From: an uncultured Bacteroidales bacterium
GTDB lineage: Bacteria; Bacteroidota; Bacteroidia; Bacteroidales; JAGOPY01
Length of the DNA: 64,000 bases
Assembly: GCA_964371595.1 (NCBI GenBank)
Contig: CAYJNJ010000001.1
Location: 46,408-110,407, forward strand
Direction of reading: 5' to 3'
Shown here one piece after another: positions 28,291 through 36,767 of the stretch (the stretch's first letter is position 1; each line of letters begins with the position of its first letter). The notes beneath the pieces were generated by a model that saw nothing but the letters and a program-made list of their open reading frames with translations, had not been told where the DNA came from and made no database searches. Made by a program: the position numbers and the translations under genes.

Positions 28291-29880
28291 ATGTTTTCCG
28301 ATAATCCCCGGAAGGTATTCCGGACCGAACTAAGCCCTGCCAGTTTTCTGAAACGCTCTGCCATGGTTTACCCTGATAAAACTGCTATTATCCATGAAGA
28401 CCGCAGGTACAGTTATAAAGAATTCGAGTCCAGGGTTAACCGCCTGGCCTGGCATCTCCGTGAGTCAGGGCTTAAAAAGCACGACAGGGTAGCTTTCCTA
28501 TGCCCGAACATCCCGGCTTTACTGGAGGCGCACTTTGCCGTCCCCGCCGCCGGTGGCATCCTGGTACCTATTAATACCCGTCTGAATTCCGAAGATGTCG
28601 GCTATATACTGCAACATTCCGGCTCACGGATGCTCTTTGTCGACAGGGAACTGAAACCGCAGGTGGAGGGTCTGGACCTTGGCGGAATAAGGGTTATCGA
28701 GATACGGGATACGGGATTGGGTGATGATCCATACGAGATATATCTTGCTAATGGAAAGGATGAGTCCCTGGAAAGCCAGCTGGAAGATGAAGAAGAACCA
28801 ATCACGCTGAATTACACATCCGGGACTACAGGACGACCGAAAGGCGTTGTGTACAGCCATCGTGGTGCCTATCTTAATTCGCTCGGGGAAGCGATTGAAA
28901 CAAGGCTCTGCCCGGAAAGCGTTTACCTTTGGACGCTTCCTATGTTTCATTGCAATGGTTGGTGCTTTACCTGGGCCGTGACCGCCGTCGGCGGCACCCA
29001 TGTCTGTCTTCGTAAAACCGATCCCGGCCTGATCTGGGACCTGATTTACCGTGAAAATGTCACCCATTTCAACGGGGCACCTACCCTGCAGATCAACCTG
29101 CTGAACCATCCCAAGGCAAAACCGGTCCAGAACCCGATCACAGTGACCATTGCCGGGGCACCACCGTCCCCTACCCTTCTGGAGATGATCAAATCATTCA
29201 ATTTCAAACCGGTGCATGTTTACGGGCTCACCGAAACCTACGGCCCGATCACTGTTTGCGAGTGGCACCCGGAATGGGACAGGCTCCCGGCCGAGGAACA
29301 ATCGCAGCACCGCGCCCGGCAGGGACAGGCTTATCTTACCGCCGACATGGTCAGGGTGGTCGATGAAAACATGCTGGATGTCGCAAAAGACGGCAGCACG
29401 ATGGGGGAAGTGGTGATGAGGGGGAACAATGTGATGAAGGAATATTTCCTGCAACCCGAAGCCACAGCCAAAGCCTTCCTCGGCGGCTGGTTCCATTCCG
29501 GCGACCTGGCCGTCTGGCACGCCGATGGCTACATCGAACTGCGCGACCGGCTCAAGGATATCATTATTTCAGGAGGGGAAAATATCTCCACTATTGAGAT
29601 CGAACAGCTCGTAGCAAGGCACCCCGCCGTGCTTGAATGCGCTGTTGTGGCCATCCCCGATGAGAAATGGGGCGAACGGCCCAAAGCGTTTGTCGTTTTA
29701 AAAAGAGATGCAACTGCAAGCGAAGAAGATATCTTGAAATTCTGCCGTGAACATGCCGCTCACTTTAAATGCCCTGTAGCTGTCGAGTTTGGGGAACTGC
29801 CCAAAACATCCACCGGCAAGATCCAGAAGTATATTCTCAGGGAGAAGGAGTGGGCCGGGAGGATGAAGAGGATCAATTGA
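28291..29880 (+). CDS. acyl-CoA synthetase (AMP-binding enzyme family)
   Basis: 529 aa. It has the AMP-binding motif LNYTSGTTGRPKGV, plus GWFHSGD and the C-terminal PKTSTGKIQK. Confidence 0.9.
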   Translation: MFSDNPRKVFRTELSPASFLKRSAMVYPDKTAIIHEDRRYSYKEFESRVNRLAWHLRESGLKKHDRVAFLCPNIPALLEAHFAVPAAGGILVPINTRLNSEDVGYILQHSGSRMLFVDRELKPQVEGLDLGGIRVIEIRDTGLGDDPYEIYLANGKDESLESQLEDEEEPITLNYTSGTTGRPKGVVYSHRGAYLNSLGEAIETRLCPESVYLWTLPMFHCNGWCFTWAVTAVGGTHVCLRKTDPGLIWDLIYRENVTHFNGAPTLQINLLNHPKAKPVQNPITVTIAGAPPSPTLLEMIKSFNFKPVHVYGLTETYGPITVCEWHPEWDRLPAEEQSQHRARQGQAYLTADMVRVVDENMLDVAKDGSTMGEVVMRGNNVMKEYFLQPEATAKAFLGGWFHSGDLAVWHADGYIELRDRLKDIIISGGENISTIEIEQLVARHPAVLECAVVAIPDEKWGERPKAFVVLKRDATASEEDILKFCREHAAHFKCPVAVEFGELPKTSTGKIQKYILREKEWAGRMKRIN

Positions 29881-29912
29881 ATTGGACGATTGGACGATTG
29901 GGCGATTGGACG
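29881..29912. repeat. 8-bp tandem array: ATTGGACG ATTGGACG ATTGGGCG ATTGGACG
   Basis: Read directly. It starts at the first base after the TGA stop at 29878-29880. Confidence 0.85.
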
Positions 29913-29958
29913 GTTTAGTGCAGGGGGCAGGCAGAAGCAGAAAAGCACTGTGCTGAAT

Positions 29959-30119
29959 GCTGGCAGATCCCTCCTTCGTCGGGATGACGGCGCCGAGAGA
30001 AAAAATAAAGCGGCGTGGCATGCAGACAGTTTGCCAATAGTACTGTCCTTAGTTGCCGCGCCGCACTTTTCTTTCTCGTTTCCCGCGGTGTCATCCCGAC
30101 GAAGGAGGGAACTGCCGGC
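29959..30119. repeat. 161-bp imperfect palindrome (MITE-like or structured element) with a perfect 21-nt core in its terminal inverted repeats
   Basis: TCCCTCCTTCGTCGGGATGAC (29968-29988) pairs with GTCATCCCGACGAAGGAGGGA (30090-30110). The flanking GCTGGCAGA and ACTGCCGGC extend the arms. The interior is also partly self-complementary (GACAGT..ACTGTC at the centre). Confidence 0.8.
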
Positions 30120-30210
30120 ATCTTAATAAAAAAATTCTCAAAAATTTGCATCTTATTTAGAATAATTCTAAATTTGCCGCGTCTTCCTGTTCTAATTAAA
30201 ACCAAATCAA

Positions 30211-30993
30211 ATGTTGAAGATCAAAGTTTTACACTTTATGGCCTTCATTTTCTTCCTGAACCCTTTGATATCAAAGGCACAAGAAGAGTTAGGCATCTAT
30301 GAGCACCTCGATCAGACGATCCCGGCCGACCTGGTGTTCGTCACCGAAAATTATGATACGGTAAATCTCCTCGAACAAATTAACAAGCCAACTGTCATCG
30401 TTCCCGTCTATTATGAATGCCCGGGGTTATGCAGCCCGCTGCTCGAAGGCGTTGCCGATGTGATTTCAAAGGCTGATATCGAACCGGGAATTGATTACCA
30501 GGTATTTACGATCAGCTTTAATCCTAACGAAAAAACGAAACTGGCAAAAGAAAAGAAGGAGAACTACCTGAAACTTGTAAAAAATGGCAAAGATGCCACA
30601 AACGGGTGGATTTTCCACACCGGCGACAGCGCCAATATCAGCCGGCTCCTGAATAGCCTGGGATACAAAGTCAAGCAAGAAGGAAAGGACTGGATACACC
30701 CGGGGGCCATAATCGTCCTGAGCCCGGAAGGAAAGATCACACGCTACCTTCATGGAACCTATTTCCTGCCGTTCGATCTCAAAATGGCCGTTGTCGAGGC
30801 ATCACAGGGCAAGTCGGGACCGACGATCAATAAAATGCTGAAATTCTGCTTCAGCTATGATGCAGCAGGCAAAAAATACGTGTTTAATGTAACCAAAGTT
30901 TCCGGCAGCATTATCATCCTTGTTGCCCTCGGATTCTTCATTTCCTTAGTAGCAAAAACCAAAAGAAACAAAAAACCATCTGTAGAAAATTGA
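30211..30993 (+). CDS. sco: SCO1/SenC family copper chaperone
   Basis: It has a thioredoxin-like fold with the CPGLC (CXXXC) motif, a signal peptide and a C-terminal TM helix. It lies directly upstream of coxI. Confidence 0.8.
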   Translation: MLKIKVLHFMAFIFFLNPLISKAQEELGIYEHLDQTIPADLVFVTENYDTVNLLEQINKPTVIVPVYYECPGLCSPLLEGVADVISKADIEPGIDYQVFTISFNPNEKTKLAKEKKENYLKLVKNGKDATNGWIFHTGDSANISRLLNSLGYKVKQEGKDWIHPGAIIVLSPEGKITRYLHGTYFLPFDLKMAVVEASQGKSGPTINKMLKFCFSYDAAGKKYVFNVTKVSGSIIILVALGFFISLVAKTKRNKKPSVEN

Positions 30994-30997
30994 TGAT

Positions 30998-32596
30998 ATG
31001 TCAGCACACGCCTCAAGTTCAGATCAAACATTTTTCCAGGGAGCTACAGGATTTAGGTCGTGGATTTTTACCCTCGACCATAAACGGATAGCCCTGCTCT
31101 ACTTCTACTCCATTGTGGCTTTCTTCATTGTGGGTGTCATCCTGGGTTTCCTGATGCGCCTCGAACTCATAGCCCCCGGGAAAACCATCGTTGAGCCTCA
31201 TACTTACAACCAGCTTTTCACCCTGCACGGTGTAATTATGATCTTTCTTTTCATCATCCCGGTAGTCCCGGCGATTTTCGGTAATTTCTTTCTACCTATC
31301 ATGCTGGGGACCGATGATGTGTCTTTTCCCCGGGTCAACCTATCGTGGTATCTGTACATCCTGGGTGGAATCCTTGCCCTGCTGACCCTGGTTGTCGGCG
31401 ACGGGCCACCAGATACCGGTTGGACTTTTTACGCACCTTACAGTGTTAAAACCGGCACCAACGTGTCGATTGCAGTGCTTGCCGCCTTTATCCTGGGCTT
31501 TTCTTCCATTCTGACCGGTTTGAACTTCATAGTCACCATTCACCGGCTCCGTTACCCGGGAATGGGTTTTTTCCAGATGCCGCTTTTCGCCTGGGCATTG
31601 TATGCAACTGCCTGGATACAGGTACTTGCAACACCTATTGTCGGTATTACCTTATTAATGATCGTTGCTGAAAGGGTATTCGGAGTTGGGCTGTTTGATC
31701 CAAGCATCGGAGGCGACCCCATCCTTTACCAGCATTTATTCTGGATATATTCCCACCCGGCGGTTTATATTATGGTCCTCCCTGCAATGGGTATAATTTC
31801 TGAAATTATCCCAACGTTTTCACAACGCACAATTTTTGGGTATAAAGCCATCGCTTACTCCAGCTTAGCTATCGCTTTCGTGGGCTATTTCGTCTGGGGG
31901 CACCATATGTTCACTTCAGGCATGAGCGGCCCAGCACGAATTGTCTTCTCGATCCTTACATTTCTTGTGGCTATCCCATCAGCCGTTAAGGTATTCAACT
32001 GGGTGGCAACCATGTATAAAGGATCCATCGACATGAAACCGCCGATGCTTTATGCTATGGCCTTCATTTTCCAGTTCCTCATCGGCGGCCTTACCGGGCT
32101 GGTCATTGGTGCACTGGCTACTGATGTGCACCTGCATGATACCTACTTCGTTGTCGGCCATTTCCATTACGTTATGTTCGGGGGAACGGGTTTTGCCTTT
32201 TTTGGCGGCATACATTATTGGTTTCCAAAGATATGGGGCAGAATGTATAACATCCGATGGGCAAATATCGCCTTTACCTTCCTATTCATTGGTTTCAATT
32301 TCCTGTATTTCCCTATGATTATTTTAGGGATGATGGGCATGCCGAGACGTTATTATGATTATCTTCCTGAATTCCAGCCATTAAATGTAATTTCAACAGT
32401 AGGTTCCTGGATACTGATCCTTGGACTGATCATCATGATAGTGAACCTGGTCATTGGCTACCGAAAAGGGGCCATCGCCCCAAGGAACCCCTGGGGAGGA
32501 GTTACTCTCGAATGGCAGACCAAATCTCCGCCGCCGCTTCAAAACTTCGATTCAGCACCGGTAGTTTCTGAACACGGACCCTACGATTTTAAATAA
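30998..32596 (+). CDS. ctaD: cytochrome c oxidase subunit I (A-type haem-copper oxidase)
   Basis: 532 aa and 12 TM helices. It has the motifs LFWIYSHPAVYIMVLP and HHMF, plus the HFHYV region. Confidence 0.95.
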   Translation: MSAHASSSDQTFFQGATGFRSWIFTLDHKRIALLYFYSIVAFFIVGVILGFLMRLELIAPGKTIVEPHTYNQLFTLHGVIMIFLFIIPVVPAIFGNFFLPIMLGTDDVSFPRVNLSWYLYILGGILALLTLVVGDGPPDTGWTFYAPYSVKTGTNVSIAVLAAFILGFSSILTGLNFIVTIHRLRYPGMGFFQMPLFAWALYATAWIQVLATPIVGITLLMIVAERVFGVGLFDPSIGGDPILYQHLFWIYSHPAVYIMVLPAMGIISEIIPTFSQRTIFGYKAIAYSSLAIAFVGYFVWGHHMFTSGMSGPARIVFSILTFLVAIPSAVKVFNWVATMYKGSIDMKPPMLYAMAFIFQFLIGGLTGLVIGALATDVHLHDTYFVVGHFHYVMFGGTGFAFFGGIHYWFPKIWGRMYNIRWANIAFTFLFIGFNFLYFPMIILGMMGMPRRYYDYLPEFQPLNVISTVGSWILILGLIIMIVNLVIGYRKGAIAPRNPWGGVTLEWQTKSPPPLQNFDSAPVVSEHGPYDFK

Positions 32597-32615
32597 GATT
32601 TATTAGCAGATAAAT

Positions 32616-33239
32616 ATGGATACAACTTTCGCTCTTCCAAATTCGGGGCATAACCGCGATGATGCTTCCTCCAAAATGGGGATGTGGTTATTTCTGTTCA
32701 CCGAACTCCTTCTTTTCGGGGGCCTTTTCCTGGTTTACATGATCTACCGCTTCATTTATCATGAGGACTTCCTGGAAGCTTCCTATAACCTGAATGTTTT
32801 AATGGGAACTGTGAATACGATTGTCCTGCTTACCAGCAGTATGACCGTCGCCATGTCGATTACTGCCATGCAGAAGGGAAATGCTAAACTGGCAGTGAGG
32901 CTGATCTGGGTGACCATTTTCGCTGCGGGTATCTTCCTTGTTATAAAATATTTCGAATGGTCGGCAAAAATAGAGCATGGATTGCTTCCCGGAATGGAGC
33001 ATTACAGTTCGCTGGCAAACGGCGAAAGATTGTTCTTTTTCCTTTACTTTTTTATGACAGGACTGCACGGGCTCCATGTCATCATTGGCGGTATCTTCCT
33101 TCTGTATGTGATCCGACGGATTCAAAAGCAGGAGATCACGAAGGATAAATATATGCTCCTCGAGAACTCAGGCCTTTACTGGCATCTCGTCGACCTGATC
33201 TGGATTTACCTGTTTCCGCTTTTTTACCTTATTCATTAA
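32616..33239 (+). CDS. ctaE: cytochrome c oxidase subunit III
   Basis: It is a 207-aa, 5-TM Cox3-family protein (WHLVDLIWIYLFPLFY). Confidence 0.85.
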   Translation: MDTTFALPNSGHNRDDASSKMGMWLFLFTELLLFGGLFLVYMIYRFIYHEDFLEASYNLNVLMGTVNTIVLLTSSMTVAMSITAMQKGNAKLAVRLIWVTIFAAGIFLVIKYFEWSAKIEHGLLPGMEHYSSLANGERLFFFLYFFMTGLHGLHVIIGGIFLLYVIRRIQKQEITKDKYMLLENSGLYWHLVDLIWIYLFPLFYLIH

Positions 33240-33240
33240 G

Positions 33241-33290
33241 AAGACAGAAGACAGAAGACAGAATAACAATAGAACAATAGAACAATAGAA
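33241..33290. repeat. tandem array: AAGACAG x3 (7 bp), then AATAACAAT AGAACAAT AGAACAAT AGAATT (8-9 bp)
   Basis: Read directly. It starts 2 nt after the coxIII stop and ends 5 nt before the coxIV ATG. Confidence 0.85.
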
Positions 33291-33295
33291 TTCCA

Positions 33296-33619
33296 ATGAG
33301 CACAAATCATCAACATCCAAGGTCAAATCATGAAGGCAATGTCCATATCGTAAGTTACAAGGAGCACGCCAGTACGTTTCTCAGCCTGATCCTGCTCACG
33401 ATCATGACGGTGACCGTTTCGGTTTTCGGAGCTGACCTGTATACGCTTACAGTCCTTACAGCGCTTGTCATTGCGTCGACAAAAGCTATTGTCGTCGCCC
33501 TCTACTTCATGCACCTGAAGCACGATCCCAGGATTTACCGTTATATGATCGGGGTTGTAATGTTATTGTTCGGGGTATTTTCAGCATTAACACTGATCGA
33601 TTATTTAATAAGACCATAA
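33296..33619 (+). CDS. prokaryotic cytochrome c oxidase subunit IV family protein
   Basis: 107 aa with three TM helices. The motif VVALYFMHLKHD is typical of the COX4_pro/CyoD-like family. Confidence 0.75.
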   Translation: MSTNHQHPRSNHEGNVHIVSYKEHASTFLSLILLTIMTVTVSVFGADLYTLTVLTALVIASTKAIVVALYFMHLKHDPRIYRYMIGVVMLLFGVFSALTLIDYLIRP

Positions 33620-33643
33620 AGCAGTTTGAAAAATAATTAAGGT

Positions 33644-33780
33644 GGAATTTTAGAACAATGGAACAATGGAACTTTGGAACAATGGAACAATGGAACCCTG
33701 GAACAATGGAACTCTGGAACAATGGAACTTTGGAACAATGGAACTTTTAATCTGGAATTTGGAATCTGGAATTTGGAATT
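33644..33780. repeat. about 13 units of an 8-mer (GGAACAAT / GGAACTTT / GGAACCCT / GGAACTCT) followed by 7-mers (GGAATTT / GGAATCT)
   Basis: Read directly. It fills most of the 194-bp coxIV-coxII spacer. Confidence 0.9.
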
Positions 33781-33813
33781 AAAATAAATTAACCAACAAA
33801 TAAACATCAATCT

Positions 33814-34722
33814 ATGCCTGGTGCATCAAATTTTGTTGAAGGAGTAGACCTGACCTTTATTATTATCCTGGGTGCCTCTGTCTTTTTCCTGGTCGGGATT
33901 ACAGCGGTGATGATCTACTTTGCCATCCGTTACCGGAGGAAAAAGAATCCCAAAGCCTCCCAGATCGAAGGGAATAATACCCTGGAAGTAGTGTGGACGG
34001 TGATTCCGACCATACTGGTACTGATCATGTTTTATTTTGGATGGCTTGGATACAGCCCGATGCGGAAAGTCCCTTCAAACGCAATTCCTATAAAAGCCTA
34101 CGGCCAGATGTGGAGCTGGAGTTTCGAGTACCCGAACGGTAAAAAATCAACGGAGCTTTTCGTTCCGCTCAATTTGCCGGTAAAACTCGACCTTATTTCA
34201 CGCGATGTGATCCACAGCCTTTATATTCCTGCTTTTCGTATTAAGGAAGATGTGGTCCCCGGTAAAAACAATTATATGTGGTTCACTGCCCAGGTCGAAG
34301 GCGAATATGACCTGTTCTGCGCGGAGTATTGCGGCGACAGGCACAGCTATATGCTCAGCAAAGTGAAGGTTTTGCCGGAAGCAGAGTACAATTCATGGCT
34401 GGCCCAGTCTGATATTCCCGCCGGTGAGCACCCAGGACTGACCGTGATGAAGCAAAACGGCTGTATTGCCTGCCATTCCCTGGATGGAGTTAAGATCGTC
34501 GGCCCTTCTTTCAAAGGAATTTACGGGCATGAGGTTGATGTAGTGACCAATGGACAGGAACGTAAGGTTGTTGTTGATGATGAATACATTAAAAATTCCA
34601 TTTACGAGCCAAATGCCGATGTGGTGAAAGGCTTTAATCCGGGTTTGATGATTTCGTATAAGCAGACGATAAAGGAAGAGGATGTCGCGAAGATAATTGA
34701 TTATATCAGGGAACTGAAGTGA
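33814..34722 (+). CDS. ctaC: cytochrome c oxidase subunit II with a C-terminal cytochrome c domain (caa3 type)
   Basis: It has two TM helices, the CuA motif CAEYCGDRHSYM with upstream HS, and a C-terminal CIACHS haem c motif. Confidence 0.9.
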   Translation: MPGASNFVEGVDLTFIIILGASVFFLVGITAVMIYFAIRYRRKKNPKASQIEGNNTLEVVWTVIPTILVLIMFYFGWLGYSPMRKVPSNAIPIKAYGQMWSWSFEYPNGKKSTELFVPLNLPVKLDLISRDVIHSLYIPAFRIKEDVVPGKNNYMWFTAQVEGEYDLFCAEYCGDRHSYMLSKVKVLPEAEYNSWLAQSDIPAGEHPGLTVMKQNGCIACHSLDGVKIVGPSFKGIYGHEVDVVTNGQERKVVVDDEYIKNSIYEPNADVVKGFNPGLMISYKQTIKEEDVAKIIDYIRELK

Positions 34723-34788
34723 CAGTTGGACAGTTGGACAATTGGACAATTTAACAATTTAACAATTTAACAATTTAACAGTTTAACA
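34721..34788. repeat. 8-bp array filling the whole coxII-ctaB spacer: GACAGTTG x2, GACAATTG, GACAATTT, AACAATTT x3, AACAGTTT, AACA(ATG)
   Basis: The first unit overlaps the TGA stop (34720-22). The last unit supplies the ctaB ATG (34789). Confidence 0.9.
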
Positions 34789-35646
34789 ATGAAGATTCTC
34801 CTGATCTTCCTCGAACTTAGCAAAGTAAAGATAACCTTTGCCGTCGCCCTGACGACCATCACGGGGTATCTCCTGGCAGGAGGCTCTTTTGATGCGGGGC
34901 TGATCTTGCCGACTATCGGGATTTTCCTGCTGGCCTGCGGATCTTCGGCAATAAACCATTTCCAGGAACGTGACAAGGATGCACTCATGGAAAGGACAAA
35001 GAAAAGACCCATTCCTTCCGGAAGAATCTCTCCGATGGGTGCATTACTGTTTGCTTTCCTGCTGTCTGCCGCCGGGTCTGCTATCCTTTATTACAGTTCG
35101 GGAATGCTCGGGATGCAGTTGGGTATCCTGGCGCTGATATGGTACAACCTCATTTATACACCGTTAAAAAAGAAGACAGCCTTCGCCGTAGTGCCCGGAG
35201 CCGTCATCGGTTCGATACCGCCATTGGTCGGCTGGGTTTCTGCAGGTGGCCAGCTGTCCGATCCAAGGGCGCTATTCATGGCCTTTTTCTTCTTTATCTG
35301 GCAGGTGCCTCATTTCTGGCTGCTCATGCTGAAATATGGCGAAGAATATACCGCTGCCGGTTTCCCTTCCATCACAAGCGTTTATACCTCACGGCAAATC
35401 AAAAAGATAACCTTTATCTGGATACTGGCAACGGCAGTATCCGCCCTTATGCTGCCGGCATTTAATGTGGTTGAATCCTGGCTGGTGATTATCGGCCTGC
35501 TCCTTTCCTCCGCCTGGCTCGTCGGGCAGTTTACCAGGCTGCTTGCAGTCCGTGATATCGCCTTCAGCCCGATTAAATACTTCATGAAAATCAATTATTT
35601 CGTGCTGGCCGTGATTATTTTCCTTTCCCTCGACAGGTTTATCTGA
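34789..35646 (+). CDS. ctaB: protohaem IX farnesyltransferase (haem O synthase)
   Basis: It is a 285-aa polytopic protein of the UbiA prenyltransferase family, sited next to the cox genes. Confidence 0.85.
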   Translation: MKILLIFLELSKVKITFAVALTTITGYLLAGGSFDAGLILPTIGIFLLACGSSAINHFQERDKDALMERTKKRPIPSGRISPMGALLFAFLLSAAGSAILYYSSGMLGMQLGILALIWYNLIYTPLKKKTAFAVVPGAVIGSIPPLVGWVSAGGQLSDPRALFMAFFFFIWQVPHFWLLMLKYGEEYTAAGFPSITSVYTSRQIKKITFIWILATAVSALMLPAFNVVESWLVIIGLLLSSAWLVGQFTRLLAVRDIAFSPIKYFMKINYFVLAVIIFLSLDRFI

Positions 35647-35721
35647 GGTTTCTTGTTTTAAAAAATTATAATTCGTATTTATATTTTATATTTATGCATT
35701 ATATTTGCGGAAAATATTCCA

Positions 35722-35964
35722 ATGAAAAACTCAACTGTTTTTACTACCTCATTGCCAAATGATCTTGTTGGCACACTCAGTCAATATGCTGACAAATTCA
35801 AGGTGCCTAAAAATAAAATCCTGGAGGAGGCATTGCAGCTTTATTTCGATAAACTTAAGAAAGCCGAGTATACCCGTTCATTCAGGAAAGCAGCTCAGAA
35901 TGAAGAAATGCAAAGTCTTGCCGAAGAAGGGCTGGCCGATTACCTGAAAATTCTTGATGAATGA
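35722..35964 (+). CDS. ribbon-helix-helix (CopG-like) antitoxin
   Basis: 80 aa. It overlaps the downstream PemK/MazF gene by 4 nt, the typical arrangement of a type II toxin-antitoxin pair. Confidence 0.65.
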   Translation: MKNSTVFTTSLPNDLVGTLSQYADKFKVPKNKILEEALQLYFDKLKKAEYTRSFRKAAQNEEMQSLAEEGLADYLKILDE

Positions 35965-36293
35965 AGCAGCGTGATATTTGCCTTGCCGACCATAACCCGG
36001 TCCAGGGCAGTGAACAAAGCGGGATCAGGCCTGTCGTTATTATCAGCGGAAATGCTATGAATGATAATCTTAACATTTGCATCGTCTGCCCGCTTTCATC
36101 AAATATAAAAAATTATACAGGATGCCTCGTTTTACAAAAAGATGAAGTAAACCACCTCGACCAGGATTCAGAAGTACTTACATTTCAAATCCGTACCATT
36201 GCAAAATCAAGGCTTAATAAAAAGATCGGGACAATTTCAGAATCCCAATTAAATATTATCCTCAACGGTCTCAGGGATGTACTTACTTATTAG
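35961..36293 (+). CDS. mazF: type II toxin PemK/MazF family endoribonuclease
   Basis: 110 aa. The N-terminal pattern (DICLADHNPVQGSEQSGIRPVVIIS) matches the MazF/PemK fold signature. Confidence 0.8.
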   Translation: MKQRDICLADHNPVQGSEQSGIRPVVIISGNAMNDNLNICIVCPLSSNIKNYTGCLVLQKDEVNHLDQDSEVLTFQIRTIAKSRLNKKIGTISESQLNIILNGLRDVLTY

Positions 36294-36397
36294 CCACAAA
36301 TCATCATTTTGCTTCTTTTTTAAATTAGTCCTTCAAAACATCTTTATCTTTATTTTTTAATTTTGAGTCTACTCAGAGGGTCACATTTTTAACATAT

Positions 36398-36487
36398 GCC
36401 ACAAAAACACCAAGACACGGAATTCCACAAAAATTGTATAATAAACCATTGATATAGTGAATTTTAGTGCTTTCGTGATTTAGTGGC
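36398..36487. repeat. inverted word element of the GCCAC-N5-CAC-N5-CAC-N7-CAC family
   Basis: The left arm is GCCACAAAAACACCAAGACACGGAATTCCAC. The reverse complement of the right arm is GCCACTAAATCACGAAAGCACTAAAATTCAC. The same family occurs at 60620-60711. The element is flanked by CTACTCAGA direct repeats. Confidence 0.7.
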
Positions 36488-36530
36488 AATTTTTGGCTAC
36501 TCAGAAAGGATTCAATTGTAACAATTTTGA

Positions 36531-36767
36531 ATGAGTGGAAGAAAAATGAATATTGCCCACAGGATTTTCCTCTTCTATTATGAAGGGTTCCGCTCAATGA
36601 CATGGGGAAGGAAACTCTGGATCATTATCCTTCTCAAGCTTTTCATTATGTTTGCAATCCTGAGGATCTTCTTCTTCCAGGATCATCTTGACAGCCGTTT
36701 TTCTTCAGACCATGAAAAAAGTGATTATGTGATTGATGAACTAACTAACCGCACCCTTAATGATTGA
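36531..36767 (+). CDS. DUF4492 domain-containing small membrane protein (cyd-associated)
   Basis: 78 aa. It lies directly upstream of cydA and overlaps it, as is usual in Bacteroidota. Confidence 0.75.
   Translation: MSGRKMNIAHRIFLFYYEGFRSMTWGRKLWIIILLKLFIMFAILRIFFFQDHLDSRFSSDHEKSDYVIDELTNRTLND

Noticed and set aside
29698-30302. Four overlapping ORFs across 29698-30302 containing VIPTKEG / RRDDG peptides
   Set aside because: All derive from the two arms of the 161-bp palindromic element and the ATTGGACG array. They are mutually exclusive and have no coding signature.
33507-33722. Minus-strand ORF with repeated FHCSIVPKFHCSIV
   Set aside because: It is a translation of the GGAACAAT octamer array in the coxIV-coxII spacer.
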